A stretch of DNA of 64,000 nucleotides from an uncultured Gemmatimonadales bacterium (GCA_963795085.1 CAWCFX010000001.1:1326352-1390351), one strand, 5' to 3'; positions 10,641-20,906 are shown, numbered from the stretch's first letter. Notes: generated by a model not told the origin, from the sequence alone. Translations and numbers: made by a program.

Positions 10641-10885
10641 GTCAGGGTCGAATTGTTGTGTTCGACCGAGGGCGAGCCTGGCCGAATCCAGTTGTCGAGG
10701 GTCAGACGCAGATCTCCGTCACCGGAGCGCCATCCCGGAGCATGCGATAGGGACCCAGGGTCTCCGGGATGTCGAGCAGAGTAACCTGGAGGCTGATCGA
10801 CTGTCCCGCCAGGTTTCCCCAGTCGCGGGCGGGATGGGGACCCGTCGGCCCGGACGGGGTTACACTGCCGGGAAGAGCCAGGGGC

Positions 10886-12574
10886 TCACCTTCGGGCGTC
10901 CGGCGGGACTCGTGGCGGCGAGCCTCCACCGGTGACCGCGAGCAACTCGGCATAGAAGGCCCGGGACCGGGTCTCGTCGCCGCTGTCCCGGGCGGCCCGC
11001 GCCGCGCCCAGGAGGCTGTTGAATCGCCGCGGATACAGGTCCAGCGACCGCTGGTAGGCGGCCAGCGCGTCGGCGGGATGGGACTGTTCCATCAGCATGT
11101 CTCCCAGGAGTTCCCACCCGGGAAGGGTGGGCGCCGGGGTGACCGCGTGTTTGGGGGTCGCGGCTTCCAGCTCGGCCGCCTGCCGCAGGAGTGCCAGGGC
11201 GCCGGCCTGGTTGCCGGTGGCGTGCGCGACCCACCCTTCCAGCTCGAGCCGCAGCACCTGGATGTTCCGGGCGAACAGGGTTTCGCCGGACCGTTCGGCT
11301 GCATCCTGCAGCGCTCGAAGACGGGCCACCGCCGTCCCCGCGTCCGCCCTGTCGCCGAGGTGGGCAGCGCCCAGCCCGCGGGCAAACCAGGTCACCGCCT
11401 CCGGCCAGGGAAACTGGTCCCATGCGAGCGCCGGCGGATCCCGCGGCGCCAGGCCCGCGGCGAGGGCCCAGTCCCCCCGCTCAAGCGCGTACCTCGCCCG
11501 CGTGCTCGCCAGGTGAAAGGCTGTCTTGAAAGTTGGCTGGAGATTGGGGGTCCGCTCCAGCCGGGCCACTTGCGCCGCCGCGGAATCATCCTTGCCTTGC
11601 TGCAGATAGGCGTACACCAGGTATTCGACGGCGTGGGGAAACTCGTCCCAGACGAATTGGCCCCGGTCGCCCGCCGGGCTGGCGAGGGCCGCTTCCGCCG
11701 CCCGGCGGTTTCCCTCGACCACACGGTCCCATTCACCGAGACGGGTGTAGATGTGCGTGGGCATGTGCAGGGCGTGGGGATTCTCCGGGGCGACGGTCTC
11801 GTATTGCCGGGTGATGTCCGGGGATTCCCGTTCCCGGCCCGGCGCATCGTTGGCATGCACCAGGTAGTGCATCGCACCGGGGTGGTGGGGATTCTTCCGG
11901 TACACGGTCAACAGCAGGGCCGCGGCGCGGTCCGCGTCTCCCGACCGGGTGGTGTCGGACGGGGCCACGGCGAGGAGCGCCAGCGCATGGAAGGCGGTGA
12001 TTTCGGGGTCGGCGGGGTAGGCCGCATGCGCCGCGGCCATGGCCTCCTTCCACCGGCGAATGCGCAACCAGTAGTCGGCCGAGTCCGGGTCACGGAAGAA
12101 GGCCGCGGCGGCTTCCACCAGCGAGCGTTCCCGCCCGCTGGGAGGCGCGAGGGACCGGGCCCGCCCGACCGCCTCCCACCCTCGCCGGAGTTCCGCATTC
12201 CCCGGACGGGTGGGCCAGAGTGGCTGAAACAGCGTCATCGCAATCCCCCAGTGGGCCATGGCGCACCGGGTATCTCGTTGAGCCGCCTGCTCGAAGGCCT
12301 CTCGCGCGCGCGGGTAGGTCATGTGGTGAAGGAGGGCCACGCCGCGGGTGAAGTCTTCCTGCGCGGCGGGCGAACAGGACACGGGGAAGCGAACCGTACC
12401 CAGGCCAGGGGGTGCGTGGTCCTGGCCCCCGACTCTGCTCGTGACCGACAGGACGAGAAAGCTGATGGCCAGCGCGGCGCGGCCGGCGCGAAACCGGGGC
12501 AGAGGCCGGCGGGGTGGTCTGTACCTGAGGTTTACGATCACGTTATTCCGGATGAAGTTCCGCCCCGCGCCCAT
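10886..12574 (-). CDS. Secreted TPR-repeat protein (start uncertain)
   Basis: 'HPGAMHYLVHA', 'PHALHMPTHIY', TPR-like helices. Confidence 0.85.
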   Translation of the reverse strand: MGAGRNFIRNNVIVNLRYRPPRRPLPRFRAGRAALAISFLVLSVTSRVGGQDHAPPGLGTVRFPVSCSPAAQEDFTRGVALLHHMTYPRAREAFEQAAQRDTRCAMAHWGIAMTLFQPLWPTRPGNAELRRGWEAVGRARSLAPPSGRERSLVEAAAAFFRDPDSADYWLRIRRWKEAMAAAHAAYPADPEITAFHALALLAVAPSDTTRSGDADRAAALLLTVYRKNPHHPGAMHYLVHANDAPGRERESPDITRQYETVAPENPHALHMPTHIYTRLGEWDRVVEGNRRAAEAALASPAGDRGQFVWDEFPHAVEYLVYAYLQQGKDDSAAAQVARLERTPNLQPTFKTAFHLASTRARYALERGDWALAAGLAPRDPPALAWDQFPWPEAVTWFARGLGAAHLGDRADAGTAVARLRALQDAAERSGETLFARNIQVLRLELEGWVAHATGNQAGALALLRQAAELEAATPKHAVTPAPTLPGWELLGDMLMEQSHPADALAAYQRSLDLYPRRFNSLLGAARAARDSGDETRSRAFYAELLAVTGGGSPPRVPPDARR

Positions 12575-12576
12575 AC

Positions 12577-13854
12577 TCAGCGGGACACGAAGATCTCGAA
12601 AAACGCCTGGGCGAAGGGGGAGCGTTCGACCTCGGCGTCACCCAGCGGGTTATCCCACCATACGCCTTCGCTGTTGGCCAGCAGGATGAAGGTAAGCCCC
12701 AGGTCCGGGATCTTGAGGTACAACGCCGAATAGGCGTCCTCCCACCAGCCGGAATGCCAGGCCACCATGTGCCCGGCAGCCTTCTGCACAAACCAGCCGA
12801 CGCCGTAGGGCAGGGGGGTGCCATTGTTCGCCTGATGGGGTGTCAGCATCATCTCCCGCCAACCGGGAGAAATCAGCACGCCACCGTCCAGCGCGAGATC
12901 GAACTTCACCAGGTCCAGCACGGTCGTGATCACTCCGCCCGCGGCGCCATCGCCCTGGGCCGGGCGCGGTGGAGCCCGCTCCAGCGCACCCGACGGACCC
13001 ACCCGGTGGGGGGGCGCCAGCCGGCGGACGAGCTCCTCCCTCAGCGGCAGGTCGCGGTGAACCCGGGCCGACTGGGTCATGCCGGCTGGCCTGAATACGT
13101 AGCGTTCGACGAGCTCGGAGAACCCGGTGTCCGTCACGGCCATGATGGGGCGCGATGCCCAGGAAAACAGCACCGGGTTGTAGGAGAAGCGGGTACCGGG
13201 AATGCCCGTCGCCGTGTGTGTCAGCAGGTGCCGCAGGGTGTGAATCGGAGGTTGGCAGCGAAGGTCCCTGGCGAAGATGGATGGCTGCCGGCTGAATGCC
13301 TCGCAGAAGTCAGCCCATTCACTGTATTCTGCCATCGGCCGGTCCAGCTGGAGCCGCCCGTCCTCCGCCAGGCGAAGCGCGACCACCGCCGAGATCGGTT
13401 TGCTGACCGAGGCGATGTCGTAGACCGTCTCGGCGCTTGCCGGTATCCCCGCTTCGAGGTCGGCCTCGCCCAATCCCGCCGCGATCACCAACTCCCCGCG
13501 TCGTACCACCGCGAAGGACAGCCCGGGAATGTGCTGAGCCCGGCGGAGGGAATCGAGCCGGTGGACGAAGGTGGCGATGTCGGGCCGCGCGGACGCCGGC
13601 GCCGCCTGGCTCTGCAGGGTGCCGGCGCCGGCGGCGAACAGCGGGACGAGGGCCGTCGCGATCCGGATGTTACACCCGCTCGCGTATCGGTGGGCCCTGG
13701 TTTCGATGCCAGTAGCCGACGTCGATCCACTGGCCGAACTTGATCCCCACTTCCGGGAAATGGGCCCCTTGCGTCGCCGCTGGCGAACTGCAGCACGGCC
13801 ACCAGGTGCACGGCCGATGTGTGACGGTGGCGATCCTGAAAAGGCGCCGCTCAA
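12577..13854 (-). CDS. Serine hydrolase; true start probably near 13668
   Basis: SxxK 'ASVSK', 'HLLTHT', 'SYN', 'WHSG'. Confidence 0.85.
   Translation of the reverse strand: MSGAFSGSPPSHIGRAPGGRAAVRQRRRKGPISRKWGSSSASGSTSATGIETRAHRYASGCNIRIATALVPLFAAGAGTLQSQAAPASARPDIATFVHRLDSLRRAQHIPGLSFAVVRRGELVIAAGLGEADLEAGIPASAETVYDIASVSKPISAVVALRLAEDGRLQLDRPMAEYSEWADFCEAFSRQPSIFARDLRCQPPIHTLRHLLTHTATGIPGTRFSYNPVLFSWASRPIMAVTDTGFSELVERYVFRPAGMTQSARVHRDLPLREELVRRLAPPHRVGPSGALERAPPRPAQGDGAAGGVITTVLDLVKFDLALDGGVLISPGWREMMLTPHQANNGTPLPYGVGWFVQKAAGHMVAWHSGWWEDAYSALYLKIPDLGLTFILLANSEGVWWDNPLGDAEVERSPFAQAFFEIFVSR
13670..13765 (-). pseudogene. C-terminal fragment of a Pat/YncA-type GNAT acetyltransferase
   Basis: Frame reads AHFPEVGIKFGQWIDVGYWHR...*, typical of the C-terminus of this family; rest of gene absent. 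Confidence 0.65.
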
Positions 13855-14339
13855 TGAGTCACCGGTGCCAGCTGGAAACGGCCCTCAGCGGTCGGCCCGA
13901 TGAAGGACACGTAGCTCCAGGCTCCCACCAGGCGGTCCCCTTGCCAGCGGCCCAGGAGACCGACGTTGTTGTCGGCGTTGCCGGGGGAAAGGTCCACCAG
14001 GACCCCTTCGGGGGTCGTCGCGGCCCGAAGTGCTCCGCTTCCCACCTGGGGACCGACCTTGGTCCTCCGGTCGGCTCCTTCGGCCCACTCGATCGTCCAC
14101 GTGCCCCGGGTCCGCCAGTCGCAGCAGGCTCCCCCGCCATCAGACGTGTCTGCCGGGACCGAGACTTCTACCGCTTCCATTACCAGGGTGCCACGGAGCA
14201 CCGGACGGCCCGCACCGTCCCTGGCTTCGTACTCATAGGTCCCGGGGGCAACGGTGCCCAGCGCCAGATTTGACCCGGCCGGGTCGCGGCCTGTGCATGC
14301 GACCAGGCAAACGACAATGACGGCGATCAGCCTTGGCAT
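13851..14339 (-). CDS. Hypothetical lipoprotein
   Basis: GGAGG RBS, ATG 14339, lipobox 'LVAC'. Confidence 0.75.
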   Translation of the reverse strand: MPRLIAVIVVCLVACTGRDPAGSNLALGTVAPGTYEYEARDGAGRPVLRGTLVMEAVEVSVPADTSDGGGACCDWRTRGTWTIEWAEGADRRTKVGPQVGSGALRAATTPEGVLVDLSPGNADNNVGLLGRWQGDRLVGAWSYVSFIGPTAEGRFQLAPVTH

Positions 14340-14503
14340 ATCCCCTCCATGATTGGCATGACCGGGAGACTCCTCCCGCCGGCGCGGGGTCACAGCCCCG
14401 AGAGCGCCAGCGGGACCCCCTTCCCACGCTTCTGCCGGAACCCGCGCCGGTGACCGCGAGAGCAGGTTCGCGTAGCAGGTCCGGGCCCGGGCGGGCCGCC
14501 CCA

Positions 14504-15028
14504 TTAACTGAGACGCTTGTAGAAGATCACGGCATCGTGGGGGGTGCCGTCGTTGTCCAGGGCGAACCCGGGAATGCAGCCCGCTTCGGTCCAGGCCCGT
14601 CGGCGATAGAGCCGCTCCGCGGTGTCTCCTCGCCGGGTATCGAGGGTCAGCAGGGTGATCCCTTGTTCCGCCGAGACCCGTTCGATTGCCTCCATCAGCC
14701 GGGTGCCCAATCCTCCGCGGCGCGCCCCGCGATCCACCAGCAGCTTGGCGATGTCGCCCCGGTGCGGCTGGTTGGGCGCCCAGGCCGGCTGCATCTGCAC
14801 GGTGCCCACGATGCCCCGTTCATCGCGTGCCACCAGGACCAGCGGACCCGGTGTGCGGTCGAACACCCCTCGCCACCAGTGGCGCGCCGTATCGAGGGGA
14901 AGCGGGGCCAGGAAGCTGGCCGCGGCGCCGCCCTCCACCGCATCCACCAGCAGCCGGGCCAGGTCGTCGAGGTCACCACCGGTGGGTGCCAGGAGCCGCT
15001 CGATGCGTGGACCGGCCGGCGCGATCAC
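14504..15028 (-). CDS. GNAT acetyltransferase
   Basis: 'NQPHRGDIAKLLV...ARRGGLG', 'LLTLDT'. Confidence 0.9.
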   Translation of the reverse strand: MIAPAGPRIERLLAPTGGDLDDLARLLVDAVEGGAAASFLAPLPLDTARHWWRGVFDRTPGPLVLVARDERGIVGTVQMQPAWAPNQPHRGDIAKLLVDRGARRGGLGTRLMEAIERVSAEQGITLLTLDTRRGDTAERLYRRRAWTEAGCIPGFALDNDGTPHDAVIFYKRLS

Positions 15029-15360
15029 CCGAGGTTCTCCTGGATGAAGCGGGGACTCAGGTGGACATCAACCTGGACCAGGGGATCGGTGCCGATACAG
15101 CGAAAGCCATGGACTTCTCCCGCCTTGATGACCAGGATATCGCCGGCGCCCGCCTCGAAGCTCTCTCCGTCGACCGTCCAGAGCCCGCGCCCCTCCAGGA
15201 TGAATTGGACCTCGTCGTACGGGTGGCGATGGGGGCCGGGTCCTTGCCCGGCCTCACCGCGAAAGAGGAACGTCGAAATTCCTACATCCCCGTGCGTGGC
15301 GCCAACGAAGTGGTGCGAACTGCCGCGGAAGGGCAGGTCCTGTTGCCGGGTTCGGTACAC
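15025..15360 (-). CDS. Cupin domain protein
   Basis: GTG 15360; 'GPGPHRHPYDE', 'AGEVHGF'. Confidence 0.85.
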   Translation of the reverse strand: MYRTRQQDLPFRGSSHHFVGATHGDVGISTFLFRGEAGQGPGPHRHPYDEVQFILEGRGLWTVDGESFEAGAGDILVIKAGEVHGFRCIGTDPLVQVDVHLSPRFIQENLG

Positions 15361-15380
15361 GTGGCTCCCTCCGCCGGGGG

Positions 15381-16052
15381 TTACCGCGGTTCGGCGGCCG
15401 TTGCGGCCAGCCGGGCGATGATCGTGTCCATCTGCTGCTCCCGCTGCCTGGCCCACCGCCCGAGCGGAACGATGGCGTAGCCCAGCATGCCGGCACCCAG
15501 CGCGGATATGAATACAATAGAGGGAAGGGAGCCGGCGAGGTTCCCCGCAACCGCCGCCGTTCCCATCATGGTCGCGGTGACACCCAGGGTGGCAAGGCCG
15601 GCCCCGATCAATGGGCGGGCGTTCCCCTTGTAGGTGCGGAGCACCAGCCGGTGTCCCTCGGGGGTCGGCTCCAGCAGGGCCTGCAGGTTCCCGTTGGTCC
15701 ACTGGCGGAAGGACCCGTGGGCACTGACCGTGCCCCGGGCCCTGAAGACCTCCCGCAACTCCACCACCAGCTGTTCCCACTCGGCCTCGGACAACTTGTG
15801 CGGAAGGTTGATGGACCGCTCCACGCCAACCCGGAGCCCGAGGAACCTCGGGGGAGCCGGCGCGCGGGCCTGGTCCAGCGTCAGCGCGGCCTGGGCCACG
15901 GCAGCCGCCGGGATGCCGGCTTCCTGGCCGATCTGCTGAAGGTCGTCCAGCGTCATCCCTTCCTGGCCGGGCCCCAGGAGGGCGGGTGCCTGGGCGCCTT
16001 CGGCGGCCTTCAGAAAGATGCGAGCCGCTTCCTCGTCATTGTATCGGCGCAT
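15381..16052 (-). CDS. Conserved membrane hypothetical protein
   Basis: Coherent ORF with two C-terminal TM segments. Confidence 0.8.
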   Translation of the reverse strand: MRRYNDEEAARIFLKAAEGAQAPALLGPGQEGMTLDDLQQIGQEAGIPAAAVAQAALTLDQARAPAPPRFLGLRVGVERSINLPHKLSEAEWEQLVVELREVFRARGTVSAHGSFRQWTNGNLQALLEPTPEGHRLVLRTYKGNARPLIGAGLATLGVTATMMGTAAVAGNLAGSLPSIVFISALGAGMLGYAIVPLGRWARQREQQMDTIIARLAATAAEPR

Positions 16053-16438
16053 CAGGCCAGGCTCTTCCGGATTTCGCCCACCCGCGTCCGGACCAGCCGC
16101 TTGACCAATGCCGAGGGAAGCGGCCGGTCCAGGGGAAACCGGACCGTCCCCTTGGACATGGAATACGGCTTGAGCTCTGCCGCGTGGGCGCGCCGGACAG
16201 CGGCGCCCAGGGGATAGAGGCTGCAGTGGTTCTTCCAGGCGGCATACCAGACCAGGACCTTCCCGTCCAGCCGGAACGCGGGGATGCCATAGCTGAACGC
16301 CTCCTCCGCGCTGGGCGCGGCCGCCCGGATCGCGAGCCTGACCTGCCGCAGCATCCGACGGGCGGGAAGCGGCAGGCCAGCGAGATAATCGCGCACGAGG
16401 GCGGCGGGGGTGGCCCGCCGAGCCTTGCTGCTCGCCAT
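16052..16438 (-). CDS. DUF1801/YdhG-like protein
   Basis: '[12 protein letters not shown]', '[14 protein letters not shown]'. Confidence 0.85.
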   Translation of the reverse strand: MASSKARRATPAALVRDYLAGLPLPARRMLRQVRLAIRAAAPSAEEAFSYGIPAFRLDGKVLVWYAAWKNHCSLYPLGAAVRRAHAAELKPYSMSKGTVRFPLDRPLPSALVKRLVRTRVGEIRKSLA

Positions 16439-16558
16439 GGATGGAGTCACCGGTTGGGGGGAGCCGGAAATCAATGAGTAATCAAATTACGGTAGTGCCG
16501 TCGTGATGCCAATCGCGGGTGGGGTGTTCAGGCTGGAGGGGTAGGCGTGACGGCGGCC

Positions 16559-17518
16559 TCAGGGCAGATCGACCCAGTTCTCGACAGTCCCGGGGTCGGT
16601 GAACGATTCCCCCGAGCATTGCAGTGGACTGGCATCCCGGTCGGCACGGGAAATAAGGAAAGAGTCGCGGGTGACGACGCCCAGGCCCGCATACCCGGCG
16701 AATACCGAGTCCGCCATCGCCTCGAAGTAAGAGACCAGGCGATAGCCGTTCTCCTGGCTGCGAAAGCGGATGGCGACGTCGGACAGCGTCTGGGAGCCGA
16801 TGTGGGCGCCGAGGGTGTCGCCGGCATTGACCGCTTGGCCGACGGCCAGGCCGGAGACAGGGTTGACGTGGAAGATGATCACGGTGGCCGCGGGATACCC
16901 GGCCGGGACGATCTGGACCTGGGTCCCGAACGTCATCTCCGCCTGGAGTGACACGATCCGGCCGGCCACCGGCGAGCGGATGGCCAGCGCGCTCCAGTCC
17001 ACGTTGGACCGGGGCTGGAAATAGTGCTTCATGCTGCGGCAGGACTCGACCCCGTCGGAGTAATCGTGCCCGAAGCCGGAGCGAAACCGGGAGATCCGGG
17101 CCAGGACGGTGTGATCGATATAGTCCCGGGCGATGAACCGCGGTACCCCGAGGACATCCGGGTCCCAGGTGGCAATGACGGTGATCGTCACCGAGTCGCT
17201 GCGGCCGTCCACCGAGGCGACGATGCGGGTGGTACCCTCGCCCGTGCCCGACACCAGGCCACCCGGCGAAACGGTCGCAACACCCACGTTACGGGATACC
17301 CAGGTGACCACGGCGCCGGTAACCGGATCGTTCGCCGCGTCCCGGATTTCGGCCGCGACCTGTAGCGTGCCGTCGAGTTGGATCGTGGCATATGCCGGGG
17401 TGAGCAGTACCGACGCTACTGGGGGCAGGGCAGGCTGGGTCGTGCTCTCCCCGCCGGCGCAGGCGAGCAGCGCGACGAGGAGACCAGCCGGATGGCGGAA
17501 CCGCCAGGAGAGGCGCAT
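16559..17518 (-). CDS. Lipoprotein with Ig-like (Big_2) domain and unknown C-terminal domain
   Basis: Lipobox 'LLAC'; 'VTWVSRNVGVATVSPGGLVSG'. Confidence 0.8.
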   Translation of the reverse strand: MRLSWRFRHPAGLLVALLACAGGESTTQPALPPVASVLLTPAYATIQLDGTLQVAAEIRDAANDPVTGAVVTWVSRNVGVATVSPGGLVSGTGEGTTRIVASVDGRSDSVTITVIATWDPDVLGVPRFIARDYIDHTVLARISRFRSGFGHDYSDGVESCRSMKHYFQPRSNVDWSALAIRSPVAGRIVSLQAEMTFGTQVQIVPAGYPAATVIIFHVNPVSGLAVGQAVNAGDTLGAHIGSQTLSDVAIRFRSQENGYRLVSYFEAMADSVFAGYAGLGVVTRDSFLISRADRDASPLQCSGESFTDPGTVENWVDLP

Positions 17519-17565
17519 GCGGCCCAGTATCGGACGGGGGAGGGGGAACTAAAGCACGACCCGGG

Positions 17566-18090
17566 TCAGCGGCCTCCTGGAAGGAACTCGGCCGGGATCG
17601 GGAGGCCCTCGCGCTCGCCGGCCCACTGGGCGTAGGTGATCCACCAGCGGCCATGCTCGAAGATCAACTCGATGCTGTTGATCCCCCGGCCCCGCTGCGG
17701 TCCAGTCTCGGTGGGGGAGGTCCACTCGTAGGTGCTGAACACGTGGGCCATCCCTCCGAACTCCCGCACCACGCGGTGCACTTCCCGCTCGAAAAAGCCA
17801 TGCTCGGCCAGATCGGCGGATTGTTCCGCAAAGGTCGCATGGTCCACGGCCTGCCACCGCCGTGCCGAACCGGATCCCACCTGGAACATGAAGCGCACGC
17901 CCGCCGTGTATAACGTGCTGTCGCGAGCCCAGTCGCGAGACTGACCGGCGGGACCCGACACGACTTCATAGAACGCGCCAATGATGCCGTCGAGCGTGGC
18001 AACATCGCCGGGGTTGGCGGAGCGGCCGGTCAGACCCTGGGCGGCCAGCGGCGCTGAGAGAATGATGGACGTGATGAATGGGGCCAGCAT
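17566..18090 (-). CDS. Secreted NTF2/SnoaL-like hypothetical protein
   Basis: 'DVATLDGIIGAFYEVVSG', 'AHVFSTYE', 'RGINSIEL'. Confidence 0.8.
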   Translation of the reverse strand: MLAPFITSIILSAPLAAQGLTGRSANPGDVATLDGIIGAFYEVVSGPAGQSRDWARDSTLYTAGVRFMFQVGSGSARRWQAVDHATFAEQSADLAEHGFFEREVHRVVREFGGMAHVFSTYEWTSPTETGPQRGRGINSIELIFEHGRWWITYAQWAGEREGLPIPAEFLPGGR

Positions 18091-18303
18091 CGCTCGGGGG
18101 TACCTGCACGGGCGCATGGTACGGACTCCAGAAGGGGGAGGAGGGGGGGGAATCTGGGCCAGCCTTACAGTCCCCGCAATGTGGCTTCGGCCCGCCTCGA
18201 TTCCACCACGGGATGGACCATTTCCGCCAATGGTGGGCTGGTTTTCCGGGCAGTCGGTCCACCGGCACACAGTGCAAGCGATTGTGGCATAATTACTTAG
18301 GGG

Positions 18304-18332
18304 TTCCGTTATCGCTCATAGGGGTTTATATT
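18304..18332 (+). promoter_or_regulatory. Candidate sigma70 promoter for the 18381-19242 gene pair
   Basis: TTCCGT-N17-TATATT in an AT-rich divergent intergenic region. Confidence 0.35.
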
Positions 18333-18380
18333 ACAACTGTTGCAAAGAGACACAGTCGCCCGCTTTACCGAGGAGGACTT

Positions 18381-18806
18381 TTGGCTGAAATCAAGGATTT
18401 TATCGCCGCCGCATCGGCCCAGCTTCACGAGCCGGAGGACCAGACCAGGCAGGCCACCGGAGCGCTCCTGGCCACCCTGCAGAGCCGGGTGGAGCCGAGC
18501 GACTTCAAGGAACTGCTGGCCGCGCTTCCCGGAGCCCAGGACCTGGTCGCCGCTCCGGCGGCCGGCCCGGCCCCTGCGCCCCGGCCCGGCCTGATGGGTG
18601 CCGCGCTCGGCTCCATGGCCGCGAAGGTGAGCGGCCCAGCCGGTGCCCCCGGGCTGATCGGAATGATCCAGAAGACCGGTTTTGCTCCCGGCAAGGTCGC
18701 GGGGCTGGTGAAGAAGTTCGTGGAATTCGCGAAGGGCAGCGCCGGGGACGGCCTGGTCAAGAAGCTCTTCGCCCAACTACCGGAACTGGCAACGCTGGCG
18801 GCGTAG
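18381..18806 (+). CDS. DUF2780-like protein
   Basis: AGGAGG RBS then TTG 18381; helical Ala/Gly-rich sequence. Confidence 0.7.
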   Translation: MAEIKDFIAAASAQLHEPEDQTRQATGALLATLQSRVEPSDFKELLAALPGAQDLVAAPAAGPAPAPRPGLMGAALGSMAAKVSGPAGAPGLIGMIQKTGFAPGKVAGLVKKFVEFAKGSAGDGLVKKLFAQLPELATLAA

Positions 18807-18834
18807 GTCTGCGCCAGCTGAAAGGAGAACGGAC

Positions 18835-19242
18835 ATGGTTTACAAGATTGAGCAGATCGAAGGCATCGGTCCCCATTTTGCCGAGCGGCTGGGGACGGCG
18901 GGCGTGCATACCACGGAAGACCTGCTTGCACGGGGCGCGACCCCCGAAGGCCGCCGCCAGCTGGAACTCGCGACCGGAATCAGCGCCGAGCAGGTGCTGA
19001 CCTGGACCAACCAGGCGGACCTGATGCGCGTCTCGGGTATCGGCTCGGAGTTCGGGCAGCTGCTGGAGGCATCGGGCGTCAACACCGTGAAGGAGCTGGC
19101 CCAGCGGAACGCCGAGAACCTGGTCAACGTCATGACCCGGATCAACGAGGAGAAGCACCTCACCAGGGTGCTGCCGCCGCTCAAGTCGGTGACCAAGTGG
19201 ATCGAGCTGGCGCAGACGATGGAGCCGGTGCTGACCTACTAG
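18835..19242 (+). CDS. DUF4332 helix-hairpin-helix protein
   Basis: AAGGAG RBS; 'IEGIGP', 'ADLMRVSGIG', 'LAQRNAENL'. Confidence 0.9.
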   Translation: MVYKIEQIEGIGPHFAERLGTAGVHTTEDLLARGATPEGRRQLELATGISAEQVLTWTNQADLMRVSGIGSEFGQLLEASGVNTVKELAQRNAENLVNVMTRINEEKHLTRVLPPLKSVTKWIELAQTMEPVLTY

Positions 19243-19269
19243 CTGGCCGCTGTCCCTGTTCCAGCAGTA

Positions 19270-19307
19270 CCGAAGCCCGTTTCCCCGCGAGGGGAGGCGG
19301 GCTTCGG
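19270..19307 (+). terminator. GC-rich hairpin after DUF4332 (possible terminator)
   Basis: CCGAAGCCCGTTTCCCC-GCGA-GGGGAGGCGGGCTTCGG; weak U tract. Confidence 0.5.
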
Positions 19308-19514
19308 GCGTTACGGTGTGCCGGGAGGGTGACAATGCTGGACCAGCCCGGTGCTAACCGGGGCCCGGCACCGTGTCGAGGCGCACCGGCGGGCTGCGGG
19401 AATGGACCCGACACCTCTCGATCCGGATATGTCCTCTCACAAGGGTGAACCGGCCCCCTGTCGGCCCGGATATTTGCACTCACAACGAGGGAGTGCCAGT
19501 GTGAGGAGCGGTCT

Positions 19515-19880
19515 CAGTCCGGTGGTACAGCAGAACCAGTCCGGTGGAGCAGCGGTACCACGCCGGTGGTGCAGCAGGAGTATCCCCGTGAAGGAGTGGA
19601 TCAGCGCCGTGTCGGCCCGGACCGGGACCCTGATGTAACGGACCAGTCTCCTCTAGAAGCGGACCAGTCAGCTGTCGGTCCGGTACCGAGACCCTATTGT
19701 AACGAACCAGTCCCCGGTAGAGGCGGACCAGTCGGCTGTCGGTCCGGTACCGGCCCCCTGCAGTAGTGGATCGGTCCCCTGTTCCACCGGTACCAGCCCG
19801 GTAGTGCAGCGGAACCAGTCCGGTGGTGCAGCGGAACCAGTCCGGTGGAGCAGCGGAACCAGTCCGGTGGAGCAGGCGAA
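19515..19880. repeat. Degenerate ~22-bp periodic repeat tract
   Basis: CAGTCCGGTGGWGCAGCGGAAC-like units at 19515/19537/19559 and 19794/19816/19838/19860, plus two ~64-bp units (TGTAACG at 19634 and 19698). Confidence 0.85.
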
Positions 19881-20094
19881 GTATCCGTTTTCAGGAGTGA
19901 AGTGCGAAGCTGCAGGACCGAAGTGGGACGCTGACGGGTCGAACCAGCAGGGTGTGGGGGCGGAGCGAAGGCTTCCCGAGAACGCAGTGCGAGGGTGGGG
20001 GTCCTTGCGCAGGCCCGTGGGGCCGTCGAGGTTGCGCCGGTACCCGAACGAGGGGGAAGCCATTGGCGTCCGCGTTGATTTCGATGGGAAAAGC

Positions 20095-20874
20095 ATGACC
20101 CGGAGTCCGGTGGATTGGCTGGAGCCGGTGGCGGAGGCCGCCCGGGTGGCGGGGGCCGTGGCCCTCCGGCACTTCGGGAAGGGCATTGCCGTGGAGGCGA
20201 AGGGCGATGGCAGTCCGGTCACCGAGGCAGACCGCGCGGCCGAGCAGGCGGTGCGGTCCTGGATCGGGGAGCATTTCCCTGGCGACGCGGTGCTGGGCGA
20301 AGAGTTTGGACTCACCGCGGGAACTTCCGGCCGCCGCTGGCTGGTGGATCCCATCGATGGCACCCGGAGTTTCGTCGCCGGGGTGCCGCTCTGGGGGTCG
20401 CTGGTCGCGGTCCTCGAAGGGGAGACCGTAGTTGCGGGAGCGATCTACTGCGCCGCGGCGGGCGAGCTCGTCGTGGCCGCGACCGGGTCGGGGTGCTGGC
20501 ACAACGGTACCCGGTGCCGGGTCTCGCAGACGTCCCGGCTGGCCGAGGCCACCCTGCTCGTCACCGACCGCCAGTTCCCCGTGCACCCGGCACGGCGCGG
20601 CCGCTTTGACGCCCTGGCGGACACGGCCCGCCTGGTGCGCACCTGGGGCGACTGCTTCGGGTACGTGATGGTGGCCACCGGGCGCGCCGACATCATGGTG
20701 GACGACGTCATGAACCCATGGGACGCAGCCCCCTTGCTGCCGATCATCACGGAGGCGGGTGGCCGGTTTACCGACTGGCAGGGCAGGTCCACCGCATTCG
20801 GCGGCGATGCGATCGCCACGAACGCGCTGCTGGACGGCGCGGTCCGGTCGGTCCTCGGCGAGTCAGCGCCATGA
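20095..20874 (+). CDS. hisN: Inositol monophosphatase family, likely histidinol-phosphate phosphatase
   Basis: 'SPVTEADR', 'GEE', 'WLVDPIDGT', 'RTWGD', 'WDAA'. Confidence 0.75.
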   Translation: MTRSPVDWLEPVAEAARVAGAVALRHFGKGIAVEAKGDGSPVTEADRAAEQAVRSWIGEHFPGDAVLGEEFGLTAGTSGRRWLVDPIDGTRSFVAGVPLWGSLVAVLEGETVVAGAIYCAAAGELVVAATGSGCWHNGTRCRVSQTSRLAEATLLVTDRQFPVHPARRGRFDALADTARLVRTWGDCFGYVMVATGRADIMVDDVMNPWDAAPLLPIITEAGGRFTDWQGRSTAFGGDAIATNALLDGAVRSVLGESAP

Positions 20875-20906
20875 ATGAGTGGGCGCTTCGCTTCTGCCCG
20901 TCCGGG

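Noticed and set aside
19515..19880. Mini-CRISPR or coding repeat (N-terminal extension of ORF 19804-20874)
   Set aside because: No unique spacers, the 22-bp period breaks frame, and IMPase-like sequence starts at ATG 20095
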